Shown piece after piece: positions 1 through 8,973 of a DNA stretch of 64,000 nt. The notes beneath the pieces are model-generated. The model searched no databases. It was given only the letters and a program-made list of their open reading frames with translations, and had not been told where the DNA came from. The stretch covers positions 7,029-71,028 of the forward strand of contig JAJQEL010000074.1 in assembly GCA_021201655.1 (NCBI GenBank), written 5' to 3'. Origin of the DNA: Erysipelotrichaceae bacterium (lineage in GTDB: Bacteria; Bacillota_I; Bacilli_A; Erysipelotrichales; Coprobacillaceae). Both the position numbers and the translations under genes were made by a program. Position 1 is the first letter of the stretch. Each line of letters starts with the position of its first letter.

Positions 1-834
1 ATAATTTCTACCTTGATATAAAGCATAAGCACGACTCATGGCATATAAAGCAATACTACCTCGTGGTGAACTGCCTAAACTAATATCAGCATGATTTCTT
101 GTAGCTGTGACAATTTGGACAATATATGATGCAACCTCTGGTGAAACATAAACATGTTCAACTTGATCAATAAGTTGATTAATATTTTCACCATTTGTGA
201 CACTTTGGATATGCGCTTTGGCTGATTTTCCATTTAGAATAATATTCATTTCATCACTTATAGATGGATATCCTAATGATATTTTAATCATAAATCTATC
301 GATTTGAGCTTCTGGTAGTTGATATGTTCCTAATGATTCAATAGGATTTTGGGTTGCTAAAACCATGAATGGTGGTTTGAGTGTATAAGTATGGGAATCA
401 ACAATTACTTGTCTTTCTTCCATGATTTCTAACATACTGGATTGGGTTTTAGCCGTGGCACGATTGATTTCATCGGCTAAGACAATATGACTCATTGCTG
501 CTCCTGGTCGAAATTCAAATTCACCTGTTTTTTGATTATAAATGGAAAAACCTGAAATATCTGATGGCATAACATCAGGGGTAAATTGAATACGTTTAAA
601 ATCACATTCGATGGAATGGGCTAAAGCTGATACCATCGTCGTTTTTCCTACACCAGGAATGTCTTCAATGAGGACATGGCCTTGAGCTAACATACATAAT
701 ACGACGAGACTAATTTGTTCTCTTTTACCATTAATGACAGTAGCAACATTATCAATAATGGTGGATATGTCTTGACTGGCATGGATCGCATCGTTTTCAG
801 ATATAACGTTATAATTGATTTGATCTTGTTTCAT
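1..834 (-). CDS. MoxR-family AAA+ ATPase (AAA_3 type), 3' end cut by window edge
   Basis: My minus-strand translation from ATG 834 reads MKQDQINYNVISENDAIH. Region approx. 630-700 encodes AQGHVLIEDIPGVGKTTMVSALAHSI (MoxR Walker A context). Not in the ORF track because it runs off the window. Confidence 0.8.
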   Translation of the reverse strand, partial: MKQDQINYNVISENDAIHASQDISTIIDNVATVINGKREQISLVVLCMLAQGHVLIEDIPGVGKTTMVSALAHSIECDFKRIQFTPDVMPSDISGFSIYNQKTGEFEFRPGAAMSHIVLADEINRATAKTQSSMLEIMEERQVIVDSHTYTLKPPFMVLATQNPIESLGTYQLPEAQIDRFMIKISLGYPSISDEMNIILNGKSAKAHIQSVTNGENINQLIDQVEHVYVSPEVASYIVQIVTATRNHADISLGSSPRGSIALYAMSRAYALYQGRNY

Positions 835-838
835 TGTT

Positions 839-1639
839 TTAATTTTCATTTTCTCTCTCCTCAAATATTGGATTACACATTTTTATAGGTTGTTGATAAG
901 CATCTAGAAATTCGATAATTTGAATATGAGCATGGTATGCTTTGTAGAGGTTTTTTTCGGTAATAATTTTTTCTGATTCACCAAATATATAGGGATCATT
1001 TCTAAATAGCATCAATGTTTTTGCATGCATCATAAATGCTTGATTAGGATTATGGGTGGTAAATATAATACATAGACCTTTGGATGATAATTGTTTTAAA
1101 CAATTAAGTACCATAATCATATTACCATAATCAAGATTAGCTGTTGGTTCATCTAAAATAAGTATTTTAGGTTGTTGAACCAACGCTCTAGCAATCATAA
1201 GTAATTGCCTTTCACCCCCAGAAATATCAGTATAAACTTTATCTCTTAGATGACGTATCCCAACATCTTCTAAAGCCTGTTCAACAATTTCATAATCATG
1301 TATGGATGGCTGAGCAAAACTAGATATTTGGCCTAGTCTTCCTAGCATGGCGATATCTTTAACTAAGTATGGAAATGATGGCACATGGGCCTGTTCCACA
1401 TAAGCCATAATTTTGGATATTTTTTTAGGACTCCATTTTTGAATATTTTCACCATTAATACAAATTTGGCCATCAATCACTGGTAATAATTGCAATATTG
1501 TTTTAAAAAGCGTTGATTTACCGACACCATTGGCACCTAAAATACAACAAATATCACCATCTCCTAAGTCAAAGGAAATATGTTCTAAAATTGCATGTTT
1601 TTCATAACCACAACTAACATTTCGTACTTCTAATTTCAT
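839..1639 (-). CDS. ABC transporter ATP-binding protein (FecE/FepC-like, iron-siderophore/B12 class)
   Basis: Walker A GANGVGKST, signature SGGERQ, Walker B ILILDEPT. 4-nt overlap with the upstream permease gene. Confidence 0.85.
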   Translation of the reverse strand: MKLEVRNVSCGYEKHAILEHISFDLGDGDICCILGANGVGKSTLFKTILQLLPVIDGQICINGENIQKWSPKKISKIMAYVEQAHVPSFPYLVKDIAMLGRLGQISSFAQPSIHDYEIVEQALEDVGIRHLRDKVYTDISGGERQLLMIARALVQQPKILILDEPTANLDYGNMIMVLNCLKQLSSKGLCIIFTTHNPNQAFMMHAKTLMLFRNDPYIFGESEKIITEKNLYKAYHAHIQIIEFLDAYQQPIKMCNPIFEERENEN

Positions 1640-2772
1640 TCAAATCCTCTCCTTTGCCTAGCTAAAACAACCATAAAAATAGGCATAACTATTAAACTCA
1701 TCATAAAACTAACGGGTAACTCAGAACCATTAATATAAATCATGGATGATATCATACGACATAGAAGCATGAGCGATGCCCCCATCAGCATCGAACATAA
1801 CGATACCTTTTTAAAATCAGCTCCCACAAAATATCTTGCTAAGTGAGGAATAGCCATGGATAACATCCCTACATCTCCGCAATGAATCATAGCTGTCGTA
1901 ACCATGATAACCCCACATATTTGTCCCATGATTTTTAAACGGGTATCATGAATACCTTGCATCAAAGCTTCTTCTCTAGTCAAACCTGCACCATTAAAAC
2001 GATAATGAATGAGCATCGTTGGTATCAGACTCACAGCCATCGCTATTAAAAATATAATCATACTTGTTATATCAGTTCTGATATTAGTACCGAGATTCAT
2101 TTGTTGATAAGTTAATAAATCTTCATCCTCTAACAAATACATTAAATATGTTGTGATAACTTGAAAAACTTGGGAAACAACGGAACCTGCCATAACCATT
2201 TCTAAAACCGAATAGCGGTTGCTGCTTCCACTCGTAAATCTTGTTAGCACAAATACTCCTATAACAATGACCATTGTTATCCCATAACAATAACCATATC
2301 TAGTTAATGGCATATATAAGGCAGCAGCTCCATATATTGTAATCATAATCACATTACCTAATTGCACGCCTGCTGTAGCGCCAATAATATTTGGTGAAGC
2401 CATTGGATTTTTATAAATAGTTTGAAAAATCGCACCAGCTAATGGCACAGCCATACCTGAAAGTAAAAAGATAATTGTACGATAAAAACGAGTTAAAGAA
2501 ATATAATAGTTAGGTAATGATTGAATAATTTTGGTTTCATTTAAAGAATAGGATGTATGAAACAAATGGGATATAAATAAACGAAAAGCCGTTGTTAGGT
2601 TAGTAAATGTTTCTACTGGTGGAATGAATCCTGGTGATGATGTTTTAAAACATAGACTAAGTAAAAATAATAAGATAACGATCGTTATAAGAAAACCAAA
2701 CAAGATACGATCTTTTTGTTGATCCTTTTTGAGTGTTTGACGAATTTCCTGTTGATCTAATATCATCGTCAT
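1636..2772 (-). CDS. FecCD-family ABC permease
   Basis: Polytopic membrane protein with a FecCD-like core (AIFQTIYKNPMASPNIIGATAG). Overlaps both neighbours by 4 nt. Confidence 0.85.
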   Translation of the reverse strand: MTMILDQQEIRQTLKKDQQKDRILFGFLITIVILLFLLSLCFKTSSPGFIPPVETFTNLTTAFRLFISHLFHTSYSLNETKIIQSLPNYYISLTRFYRTIIFLLSGMAVPLAGAIFQTIYKNPMASPNIIGATAGVQLGNVIMITIYGAAALYMPLTRYGYCYGITMVIVIGVFVLTRFTSGSSNRYSVLEMVMAGSVVSQVFQVITTYLMYLLEDEDLLTYQQMNLGTNIRTDITSMIIFLIAMAVSLIPTMLIHYRFNGAGLTREEALMQGIHDTRLKIMGQICGVIMVTTAMIHCGDVGMLSMAIPHLARYFVGADFKKVSLCSMLMGASLMLLCRMISSMIYINGSELPVSFMMSLIVMPIFMVVLARQRRGFE

Positions 2773-3953
2773 GACCTCCTTGTCCTTAACAATGTATAAA
2801 GCATGACAATACTACCAATAACACTGGTAAACAAATTCATAGAACTTGTCATTCCTAAAACACGTGCTACATCATAGATAACCGTCAATAATATCGCACC
2901 CATTAAAACGGTTGTCGGAAAAAGTTTCTTTAGATTAGGACCATAAAGTTTTCTGGTGATTTGTGGTACCATAAAACCAATAAAACCAATTTGTCCCACA
3001 TACGCTATAACAACAGCACTCATAAGTGTCGAAACACCAATGATCAAATTTCTATATAAACCCACATTCATACCCATTGTGGTCGCGGTTTCTTCGCCAA
3101 ATGCTAAAACGTTCATTTTTTCAGAAACAATCGCTAATATAATAATACACGGTAATAAAATAATAGCCATGGAAATAAGATGTTCTAAACTGTAGCTGCG
3201 ATCTAATGATCCCATGGATAAGCTACGCATCGCTGATATTCTAACATCATTAGGATTAGCGGTGATAATATAATATTGAATAAGCTGACAAATACTATTG
3301 ATCACCGATGTTAAAACCATGCCCGATAAAATCATCGCACTAGTCGATAATTTTCCTCTGCCAGCAATGGTCGCAATACCCACCACAAATAAAACGCTTA
3401 ATAAACAACCAGCTAAAACAATAAGCTGTTGAATATTTCGATCTAAAAATGTGGACGAAGCAAACATCGTACTAATATCATCATAACTATAAGATATAAC
3501 CGTACTCGTTGAGGAATAAAATAATAAAACATAAATCATATTTCCTAATGTTCCACCAGCCTGTACGCCCATCGTAGATGGACTGGCTAAAACATTTCTA
3601 AAAGTTCCTTGCATTAAAACCCCACAAGCCGCTAGCGTTGCCCCAACAAGTCCCACAATCGCATATCTAATTAATTGATAATTGATACCACCAGTTGCCC
3701 CCATACCAAATATTAAATGATATAGATTGGTAAAATTAAGATTCACAATTCTTAATATATAGGCAATAGAAAATTGCCACCTAGCACCAGCAGAATATTC
3801 AACTAAGAATAATAATGAGAAGATAAGTAAAAGAATATAAATGATGGTCAATATCATCATATCATTAATTTGAATATGACGTTTTTGTTCGTTTTCTTTT
3901 AATGATGTCACATCATCATGAGATTCTTTAAGATGTATACGATTCTTATCCAT
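2769..3953 (-). CDS. FecCD-family ABC permease (second subunit)
   Basis: Paralogous to the previous gene (GTFRNVLASPSTMGVQAGG) and polytopic. Sits in the same operon. Confidence 0.85.
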   Translation of the reverse strand: MDKNRIHLKESHDDVTSLKENEQKRHIQINDMMILTIIYILLLIFSLLFLVEYSAGARWQFSIAYILRIVNLNFTNLYHLIFGMGATGGINYQLIRYAIVGLVGATLAACGVLMQGTFRNVLASPSTMGVQAGGTLGNMIYVLLFYSSTSTVISYSYDDISTMFASSTFLDRNIQQLIVLAGCLLSVLFVVGIATIAGRGKLSTSAMILSGMVLTSVINSICQLIQYYIITANPNDVRISAMRSLSMGSLDRSYSLEHLISMAIILLPCIIILAIVSEKMNVLAFGEETATTMGMNVGLYRNLIIGVSTLMSAVVIAYVGQIGFIGFMVPQITRKLYGPNLKKLFPTTVLMGAILLTVIYDVARVLGMTSSMNLFTSVIGSIVMLYTLLRTRRS

Positions 3954-3962
3954 ACGCTTCTC

Positions 3963-5549
3963 CTATAAACTTGGAGTGTTACTAGAGCCATAGAAAGTAC
4001 TATAAAAATCACTCACCATACTCTTCATCGAACTTTCACTAATAGTGCCATTCACACGACATGCTAGCCAAACAACTTCCAAAATTGTTTCAACTGAACC
4101 TTCAGTCCAGCTGCCAACACCATCAGGATTAACATAAATACTATAATCATCTTCTATATAGGATAATAGTGCATTGCCACTACCATCTAAAAAGCCATGG
4201 AAATTGACACCATTAACCTTAACCATACCATAAACATCCCAATGGAAATCACTTTGTATTTTTTCTTTAATACTACTGCTAGCAACAATAATACACTTAT
4301 AGCTGCTACCACCTAAACCATCGGTCATCTTATAAGAAGTATTTCGATATTTATAACTACCAGAAACAGATTGAATATAATAATTATCTTTCAACGGATT
4401 AATATAATAACCATCGCTAGCATTATTTGTCACTCCCGCTTTACTCATACATTCTTTAAGCATAGTTCCACCAGTTTTAGCCACTGCCATACCACTACCA
4501 GAAGCATAAGTTCCTGAAGATGAATCAATTGACCATGTAGCACTATCGTCCCATTCACCTACATAAAGTGTGGTTCCACTACCACCACTGACTTTTGATA
4601 AAGCATTATCAACCCATGAACTATAACTACTTGCTTTACTAGTCGCATCGCCACCTAATACCTTACCAACTAAAGTAACAGCACTTTTGATATTACTAAT
4701 TGATGATAAGGAAGGTATTACAAAATAGGCTATATCATTTTCCTCTAAAGTAGCAATCTGCGATGAAGTAAAAGTTGATTGCCCTGATATTTCAATACAT
4801 ACATCAACATCAGCTGAAATCAAAGCATTAAAATTAGCGGATGATATGGCACTATCACCATCGCCACTCCACCATTGTTTAATACCTGATGTTGAAAAAA
4901 CACCACTAGCACTAGAAAAGAAACTTGCTGAAGTACCTGTTAATTTGCTTGTACCTCCTAGCATCGCTACAATAATCGCTGCTTCACCGACAGCTGTCAC
5001 ACTGTCTACATTTTCAACGATATCGACAGTTTTACCACGATCATCGACAACCTGTTTGTATGTTTCCCCGTCAGTAGGTTCAGTTGTTGAACCACCTTCA
5101 CTACCATCCTCAGCTTCACCATTTTGACCATCATCACTGTCCTCATCGCCTTCATCTTGACCATCGTCATTATCTGATGATTGATCGGCTGATTGATTGG
5201 AACCATTATTATTGTTATTGGTTTCATTTGATGATCCATCTGAAGCCGTTCCCATTGCATTAGCGGTATCTACATAAGTCGTATCATATGTTGTGTCACT
5301 ATCACTATTATCATCACCAGAGTATGCATCGTTTCTTGTTTGATCTTGTTTATTAGACGCATCATCTTCTTCTTTTTCTGGTGATAAATCTTCATCTTCA
5401 TCATCATTTTCTTCATCATTATCTGTGGATTGATTTTCTTCATCAATTTCGTTATTCTCTTCATAAACTATTTGTTGCAAGACAGGACTCTCCCTACAAC
5501 CTGATAATAGAAAACATAAAGCTATAAAACATATCATCAATTTTTTCAT
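3963..5549 (-). CDS. ABC substrate-binding lipoprotein (Peripla_BP_2-like) with long acidic linker
   Basis: Start moved to ATG 5549 (GAGG SD upstream). Signal peptide plus lipobox MKKLMICFIALCFLLSGC. An approx. 140-aa D/E/N/S-rich tract precedes the binding-protein core (VDDRGKTVDI...VTAVGEAAIIVAMLGG). Confidence 0.7.
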   Translation of the reverse strand: MKKLMICFIALCFLLSGCRESPVLQQIVYEENNEIDEENQSTDNDEENDDEDEDLSPEKEEDDASNKQDQTRNDAYSGDDNSDSDTTYDTTYVDTANAMGTASDGSSNETNNNNNGSNQSADQSSDNDDGQDEGDEDSDDGQNGEAEDGSEGGSTTEPTDGETYKQVVDDRGKTVDIVENVDSVTAVGEAAIIVAMLGGTSKLTGTSASFFSSASGVFSTSGIKQWWSGDGDSAISSANFNALISADVDVCIEISGQSTFTSSQIATLEENDIAYFVIPSLSSISNIKSAVTLVGKVLGGDATSKASSYSSWVDNALSKVSGGSGTTLYVGEWDDSATWSIDSSSGTYASGSGMAVAKTGGTMLKECMSKAGVTNNASDGYYINPLKDNYYIQSVSGSYKYRNTSYKMTDGLGGSSYKCIIVASSSIKEKIQSDFHWDVYGMVKVNGVNFHGFLDGSGNALLSYIEDDYSIYVNPDGVGSWTEGSVETILEVVWLACRVNGTISESSMKSMVSDFYSTFYGSSNTPSL

Positions 5550-5634
5550 ACTATTACCTCTTTCATTTAAAAAAAGCCCCATTGATAACATCAATCGGAC
5601 TTATACATAACGCAACACATTGATTTCAAATGCC

Positions 5635-5643
5635 ATTATATCA
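5635..5643 (-). promoter_or_regulatory. Candidate extended -10 promoter (TGaTATAAT) for the ABC importer operon
   Basis: The minus strand reads gctgTGaTATAATgg about 85 nt upstream of ATG 5549. The -35 element is weak. Confidence 0.3.
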
Positions 5644-5718
5644 CAGCACCAAATTTCACATAATTATTTTTTATAAAAAATATCATATTATGCATTTTTG
5701 TATAGTAGTTTAGATAAC

Positions 5719-5754
5719 AAAAAAAAGAATTGATGCCTTACAACAAGGCATCAA
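5719..5754 (-). terminator. Intrinsic terminator (ancestral terminator of the AAA+ gene, now separated from it by the insertion)
   Basis: Perfect 10-bp stem ttgatgcctt/aaggcatcaa with a 5-nt loop. On the minus strand it is followed by TTC plus T8. Confidence 0.6.
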
Positions 5755-5778
5755 TTTCTCTTAATATTTCCTGATTTC
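5734..5778. repeat. 45-bp direct repeat, copy A (left boundary of inserted islet)
   Basis: tgccttacaacaaggcatcaatttctcttaatatttcctgatttc is identical to 8929-8973 by base-by-base comparison. Confidence 0.9.
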
Positions 5779-5846
5779 ATAATTAAATTAGCAATTGATA
5801 TCCAAAATATTTGATATAATATCATTAACGATTGGAAGTAAGAGAA

Positions 5847-6191
5847 ATGAAAATAGATGATTTAAAGAAATATAACTTCCATGATAGTCTTTTAGAAAAA
5901 GTATTAGCAAATGAAAATGAAATTGTTCTCATTATAGATTTCTGTAAATGGCAACAATCTGATTACAATGAAATCACTGACAAAGAAACTTGCATGCTTA
6001 AACTAATTTTTCCAAATGCTACTTGCAGTACCCAACCATGGAAAATCAATGATGATGCAATCATATCAGTCGATTTTCAGACAATTCAAAATAAAACTCA
6101 AATTACATTTATTGTATATAATGATTTATGTGAAAATATAATTGACATAAAAATATGTGGAGAAGATGTTATATGTGAATTTGAATCATAA
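5847..6191 (+). CDS. Hypothetical small cytoplasmic protein (114 aa from ATG 5847)
   Basis: Open frame MKIDDLKKYNFHDSLLEKV. No recognisable motif. Convergent with the GmrSD-like gene and lies inside the islet. Confidence 0.45.
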   Translation: MKIDDLKKYNFHDSLLEKVLANENEIVLIIDFCKWQQSDYNEITDKETCMLKLIFPNATCSTQPWKINDDAIISVDFQTIQNKTQITFIVYNDLCENIIDIKICGEDVICEFES

Positions 6192-6245
6192 CTTTTCAGC
6201 AACTAAAATATTATATTAAGGAAAACTGATTTTAATATCAGTATT

Positions 6246-8636
6246 TTACAAATGATTTTTATACCAATCAATGATTTCATGTCGATTTGTTTCAGACCAT
6301 TGAGTTGTTATAAATATTTCTTTCCCTTTAAAAATCAAAGACTTTTTTCTGTATTTATATACTTTTCCATTTCCCTTATTAGCATCTCTATTGTCAGATA
6401 TAATTGGATATTCAATACGACTAAATAATTTTGCTGCATATTCTTTTGTTTTTAATAATTCCATTTCACTTTCAGAAATAACATTTTTTTCAATTAAATC
6501 ATCAAAAAACGAGAATGCTAGTTGACCAACTGGTGTATATTGGTAAGTTTCTTCATTACTTATGTCAAATTTAGGCTTATTAGATTTTTCTTGAACTAAA
6601 AATTTTATATCATCTGATTCAAATCTACATATTCTTGCTATAGTACGTATTGTAGCAAGCTTATCCTGACTGCTTAAATTTGTTTCAATATAGGCATTAT
6701 CACCAATCTTATAACCTCTTCTTAGTTTTTCGCTATTTTCTCCAAACCAATAATAATTTCCATTATAATAAACCGTTGGATCTAAGTAAAATATTCTCTC
6801 ATGTACAATTTTAAAAGCTGCTGTTATATCATTTGTTTTTATTACACTATCCAAAAATATTACTTGTGAAATTTTCTTATTTGTGACATCAATATCATCA
6901 TCCCAAGTCATCCATATATCATTATCAGTATTTAATTGACTGGAAATATCAGGAATCCACCATATACTTATGGCCTTATTAAACAAACATCTTGCTCTAT
7001 TTAAAATTTCATTTTCATTCCACACTTCACATTGCTGAATGTATTCATTAAGATAAAGCTTACTATAATTAAACCCCTTATTTGGCATAGTCTTTTTAGC
7101 ATTAAATGATGAATTACTATAATCACTATTATAGCCAGTTAACGTTAAATTCCCTATAGTATCTTTATATTTTGAATGTGTCAATTCCCAATTATCACCT
7201 AGCATTGACTTCCATTCGTTAGTTAACGTTTGAGGCATAATATGTTCAATTGTTAAAGTTCCATTATTAATTAATTCTTCAACTGCTACAATTTCCTTAT
7301 TGCCATAATTTTCTAATCTCTCCAACATATATTTCTTTATTGATGATTTGGCATTATACAAATCATAGACCATGAATTTATCCTCGAAATCATGATCATT
7401 TGGAAAGCGACTCCTTCCAGATTTTTTCATTATTTCATACTTAAAAGCATCATAATACGTCATGTTTTCATCTTCAATATCTCTGTCTATTTCTGCACCT
7501 AATTGCACGAATACTTTATTTAATGCATTAGCTGGTAAATCGCATATTTCTCTACGTGCAATATAATTTTCAATTATCTCAAAAGACAGTATCATTTCTG
7601 TTTCTGAAATATATCCATCAACATTAGCTTTAAATAAGTCCATTAATAGTGGAACACATGTTTTAACTTCTAATTTATTAATACGTGATAAAATATCTGA
7701 ATATGGTTTATGCGATTCTTTAGGGTTTTCAATAATTTTAAAATAATCTGCAAACTCTAGCATCTCTAAAATGATAGTTTCTATAGATTTCTTGGTAGTT
7801 TCTTTATAGTATTTAAATTCAAAATATAATTTCTTCTCATTCGACAATTTTCGCGTTTTTACCGCAAGATAGTATCGAATAAATCTATTCATCTCATTAC
7901 GTGAAACTGTTTTTTCTAATGGCTCCCAATATTTTTTATAAAATCTTTCTTGTTCATTTGCATCCATTCTCATAAGAACAAAATTCCTTATTTTATCGGC
8001 AGATTCTAGATCTAAACCCGTAGAATTTAAACTTTCGAAAATTAATTGTGGATCATCACCGCTTTGGGGTTCCAGACTTATACTTACAATTTCTAATTTT
8101 GTTACTGCATTATATAAACCCTCAATTTCACACTCACTCATATTAATTATTTCTTTATAGAAATAATTATAATTAGCAGTAATACTTGTGTTTTCAATAG
8201 GTATTTTATTTTCAATTAAATTATCATATGCTTCGTCATCTCCTTGGACCAATTTTAATTTTAATTTTTTTTCGTTATTCGAATATTCATCAGTTAAATA
8301 TGCTCCCGTTATCTTATCAGGATTGATGTTTATTTTTTTATCAGGATGTTCAATTACATAATTGCGTAAAGCTAGCAATAATAATGATACTGTTGTAATT
8401 CTCTGTTGTCCATCAATTATGGTATGTTCTTCACAAACACCATTATTGTTAGATACAAAGACTATAGACCCGAAGAAATGAGATGAATAATTAAAATTAT
8501 AAACATCTTTTAAATCTTTTAATAGCTGCGAACAGTTATCTTTTTTCCAGCTATAAGGCCTTTGATAAACTGGAATTATAAATTTCTTATCAGTACCTGC
8601 CATAAACCTTAAAATATTACTTGCATTTGCCTTCAT
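6246..8636 (-). CDS. GmrSD-like type IV restriction/nuclease protein (DUF262 N-terminal, DUF1524 HNH-like, plus approx. 230-aa C-terminal extension)
   Basis: DUF262 signatures IPVYQRPYSW and DGQQRITT. DUF1524 His-Me motifs TIEHIMPQT and GNLTLTGYNSDYSN. Confidence 0.85.
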   Translation of the reverse strand: MKANASNILRFMAGTDKKFIIPVYQRPYSWKKDNCSQLLKDLKDVYNFNYSSHFFGSIVFVSNNNGVCEEHTIIDGQQRITTVSLLLLALRNYVIEHPDKKININPDKITGAYLTDEYSNNEKKLKLKLVQGDDEAYDNLIENKIPIENTSITANYNYFYKEIINMSECEIEGLYNAVTKLEIVSISLEPQSGDDPQLIFESLNSTGLDLESADKIRNFVLMRMDANEQERFYKKYWEPLEKTVSRNEMNRFIRYYLAVKTRKLSNEKKLYFEFKYYKETTKKSIETIILEMLEFADYFKIIENPKESHKPYSDILSRINKLEVKTCVPLLMDLFKANVDGYISETEMILSFEIIENYIARREICDLPANALNKVFVQLGAEIDRDIEDENMTYYDAFKYEIMKKSGRSRFPNDHDFEDKFMVYDLYNAKSSIKKYMLERLENYGNKEIVAVEELINNGTLTIEHIMPQTLTNEWKSMLGDNWELTHSKYKDTIGNLTLTGYNSDYSNSSFNAKKTMPNKGFNYSKLYLNEYIQQCEVWNENEILNRARCLFNKAISIWWIPDISSQLNTDNDIWMTWDDDIDVTNKKISQVIFLDSVIKTNDITAAFKIVHERIFYLDPTVYYNGNYYWFGENSEKLRRGYKIGDNAYIETNLSSQDKLATIRTIARICRFESDDIKFLVQEKSNKPKFDISNEETYQYTPVGQLAFSFFDDLIEKNVISESEMELLKTKEYAAKLFSRIEYPIISDNRDANKGNGKVYKYRKKSLIFKGKEIFITTQWSETNRHEIIDWYKNHL

Positions 8637-8892
8637 CTGTTTATTACTCTCCTTAATTTAATTTCAATAAAATTCAAAATTTGTATAATTATATCATATA
8701 AAATATATATTTTCATCTCAATTTATCACCATTTTCCAATCTAATCTTTAATTGTTTCTTTCTATTTGCTTTTTTATTTTTAGTCAATTTTTTTATCTAA
8801 AGAGGAATAGTATTATTTTAAAAAACATTGTATTTTATTTTGAATTATAGTTCAACATTACAAACCTAGTTCAGAAGATTATACTATAACTC

Positions 8893-8923
8893 AAAAAGTC
8901 AGTATTGAGTAATCAATACTGAC
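8893..8923 (-). terminator. Intrinsic terminator now serving the AAA+ gene 8933-10399 (islet-encoded)
   Basis: Perfect 11-bp stem gtcagtattga/tcaatactgac with a 4-nt loop, followed by T5 on the minus strand. Confidence 0.7.
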
Positions 8924-8928
8924 CATTT

Positions 8929-8973
8929 TGCCTTACAACAAGGCATCAATTTCTCTTAATATTTCCTGATTTC
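8929..8973. repeat. 45-bp direct repeat, copy B (contains stop codon and last 12 codons of the AAA+ gene)
   Basis: Identical to 5734-5778. Encodes ...NQEILREIDALL* on the minus strand. Confidence 0.9.

Larger units (their letters stand above)
5779..8928. mobile_element. Inserted 3.2-kb islet (GmrSD-like gene plus small ORF), no recombinase gene
   Basis: Bounded by perfect 45-bp direct repeats that duplicate the 3' end of the gene at 8933-10399. It interrupts a terminator stem. Confidence 0.5.

Noticed and set aside
2956-5464. ORF-track entries 2956-3195(+), 4846-5127(+), 5006-5260(-) and 5270-5464(-).
   Set aside because: - All four lie entirely inside longer, well-supported genes (the permease and the binding lipoprotein).
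- Two of them are alternative-frame readings of the acidic low-complexity tract.
- None has an SD or recognisable motifs.
5550-5594. The N-terminal extension MMLSMGLFLNERGNS on the binding-protein ORF.
   Set aside because: The ATG at 5549 has a GAGG SD and starts a canonical lipoprotein signal peptide. The extension overlaps the SD and leader.
5569-5595. A terminator-like hairpin (attgat-aac-atcaat, then GGGGC+T7 on the minus strand) in the leader just before the importer's SD. It could be an attenuator or riboswitch expression platform.
   Set aside because: The stem is only 6 AT-rich bp plus 2 GC pairs across a mismatch. I recognise no riboswitch aptamer (for example cobalamin) in the approx. 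85-nt leader. This is too weak to call.
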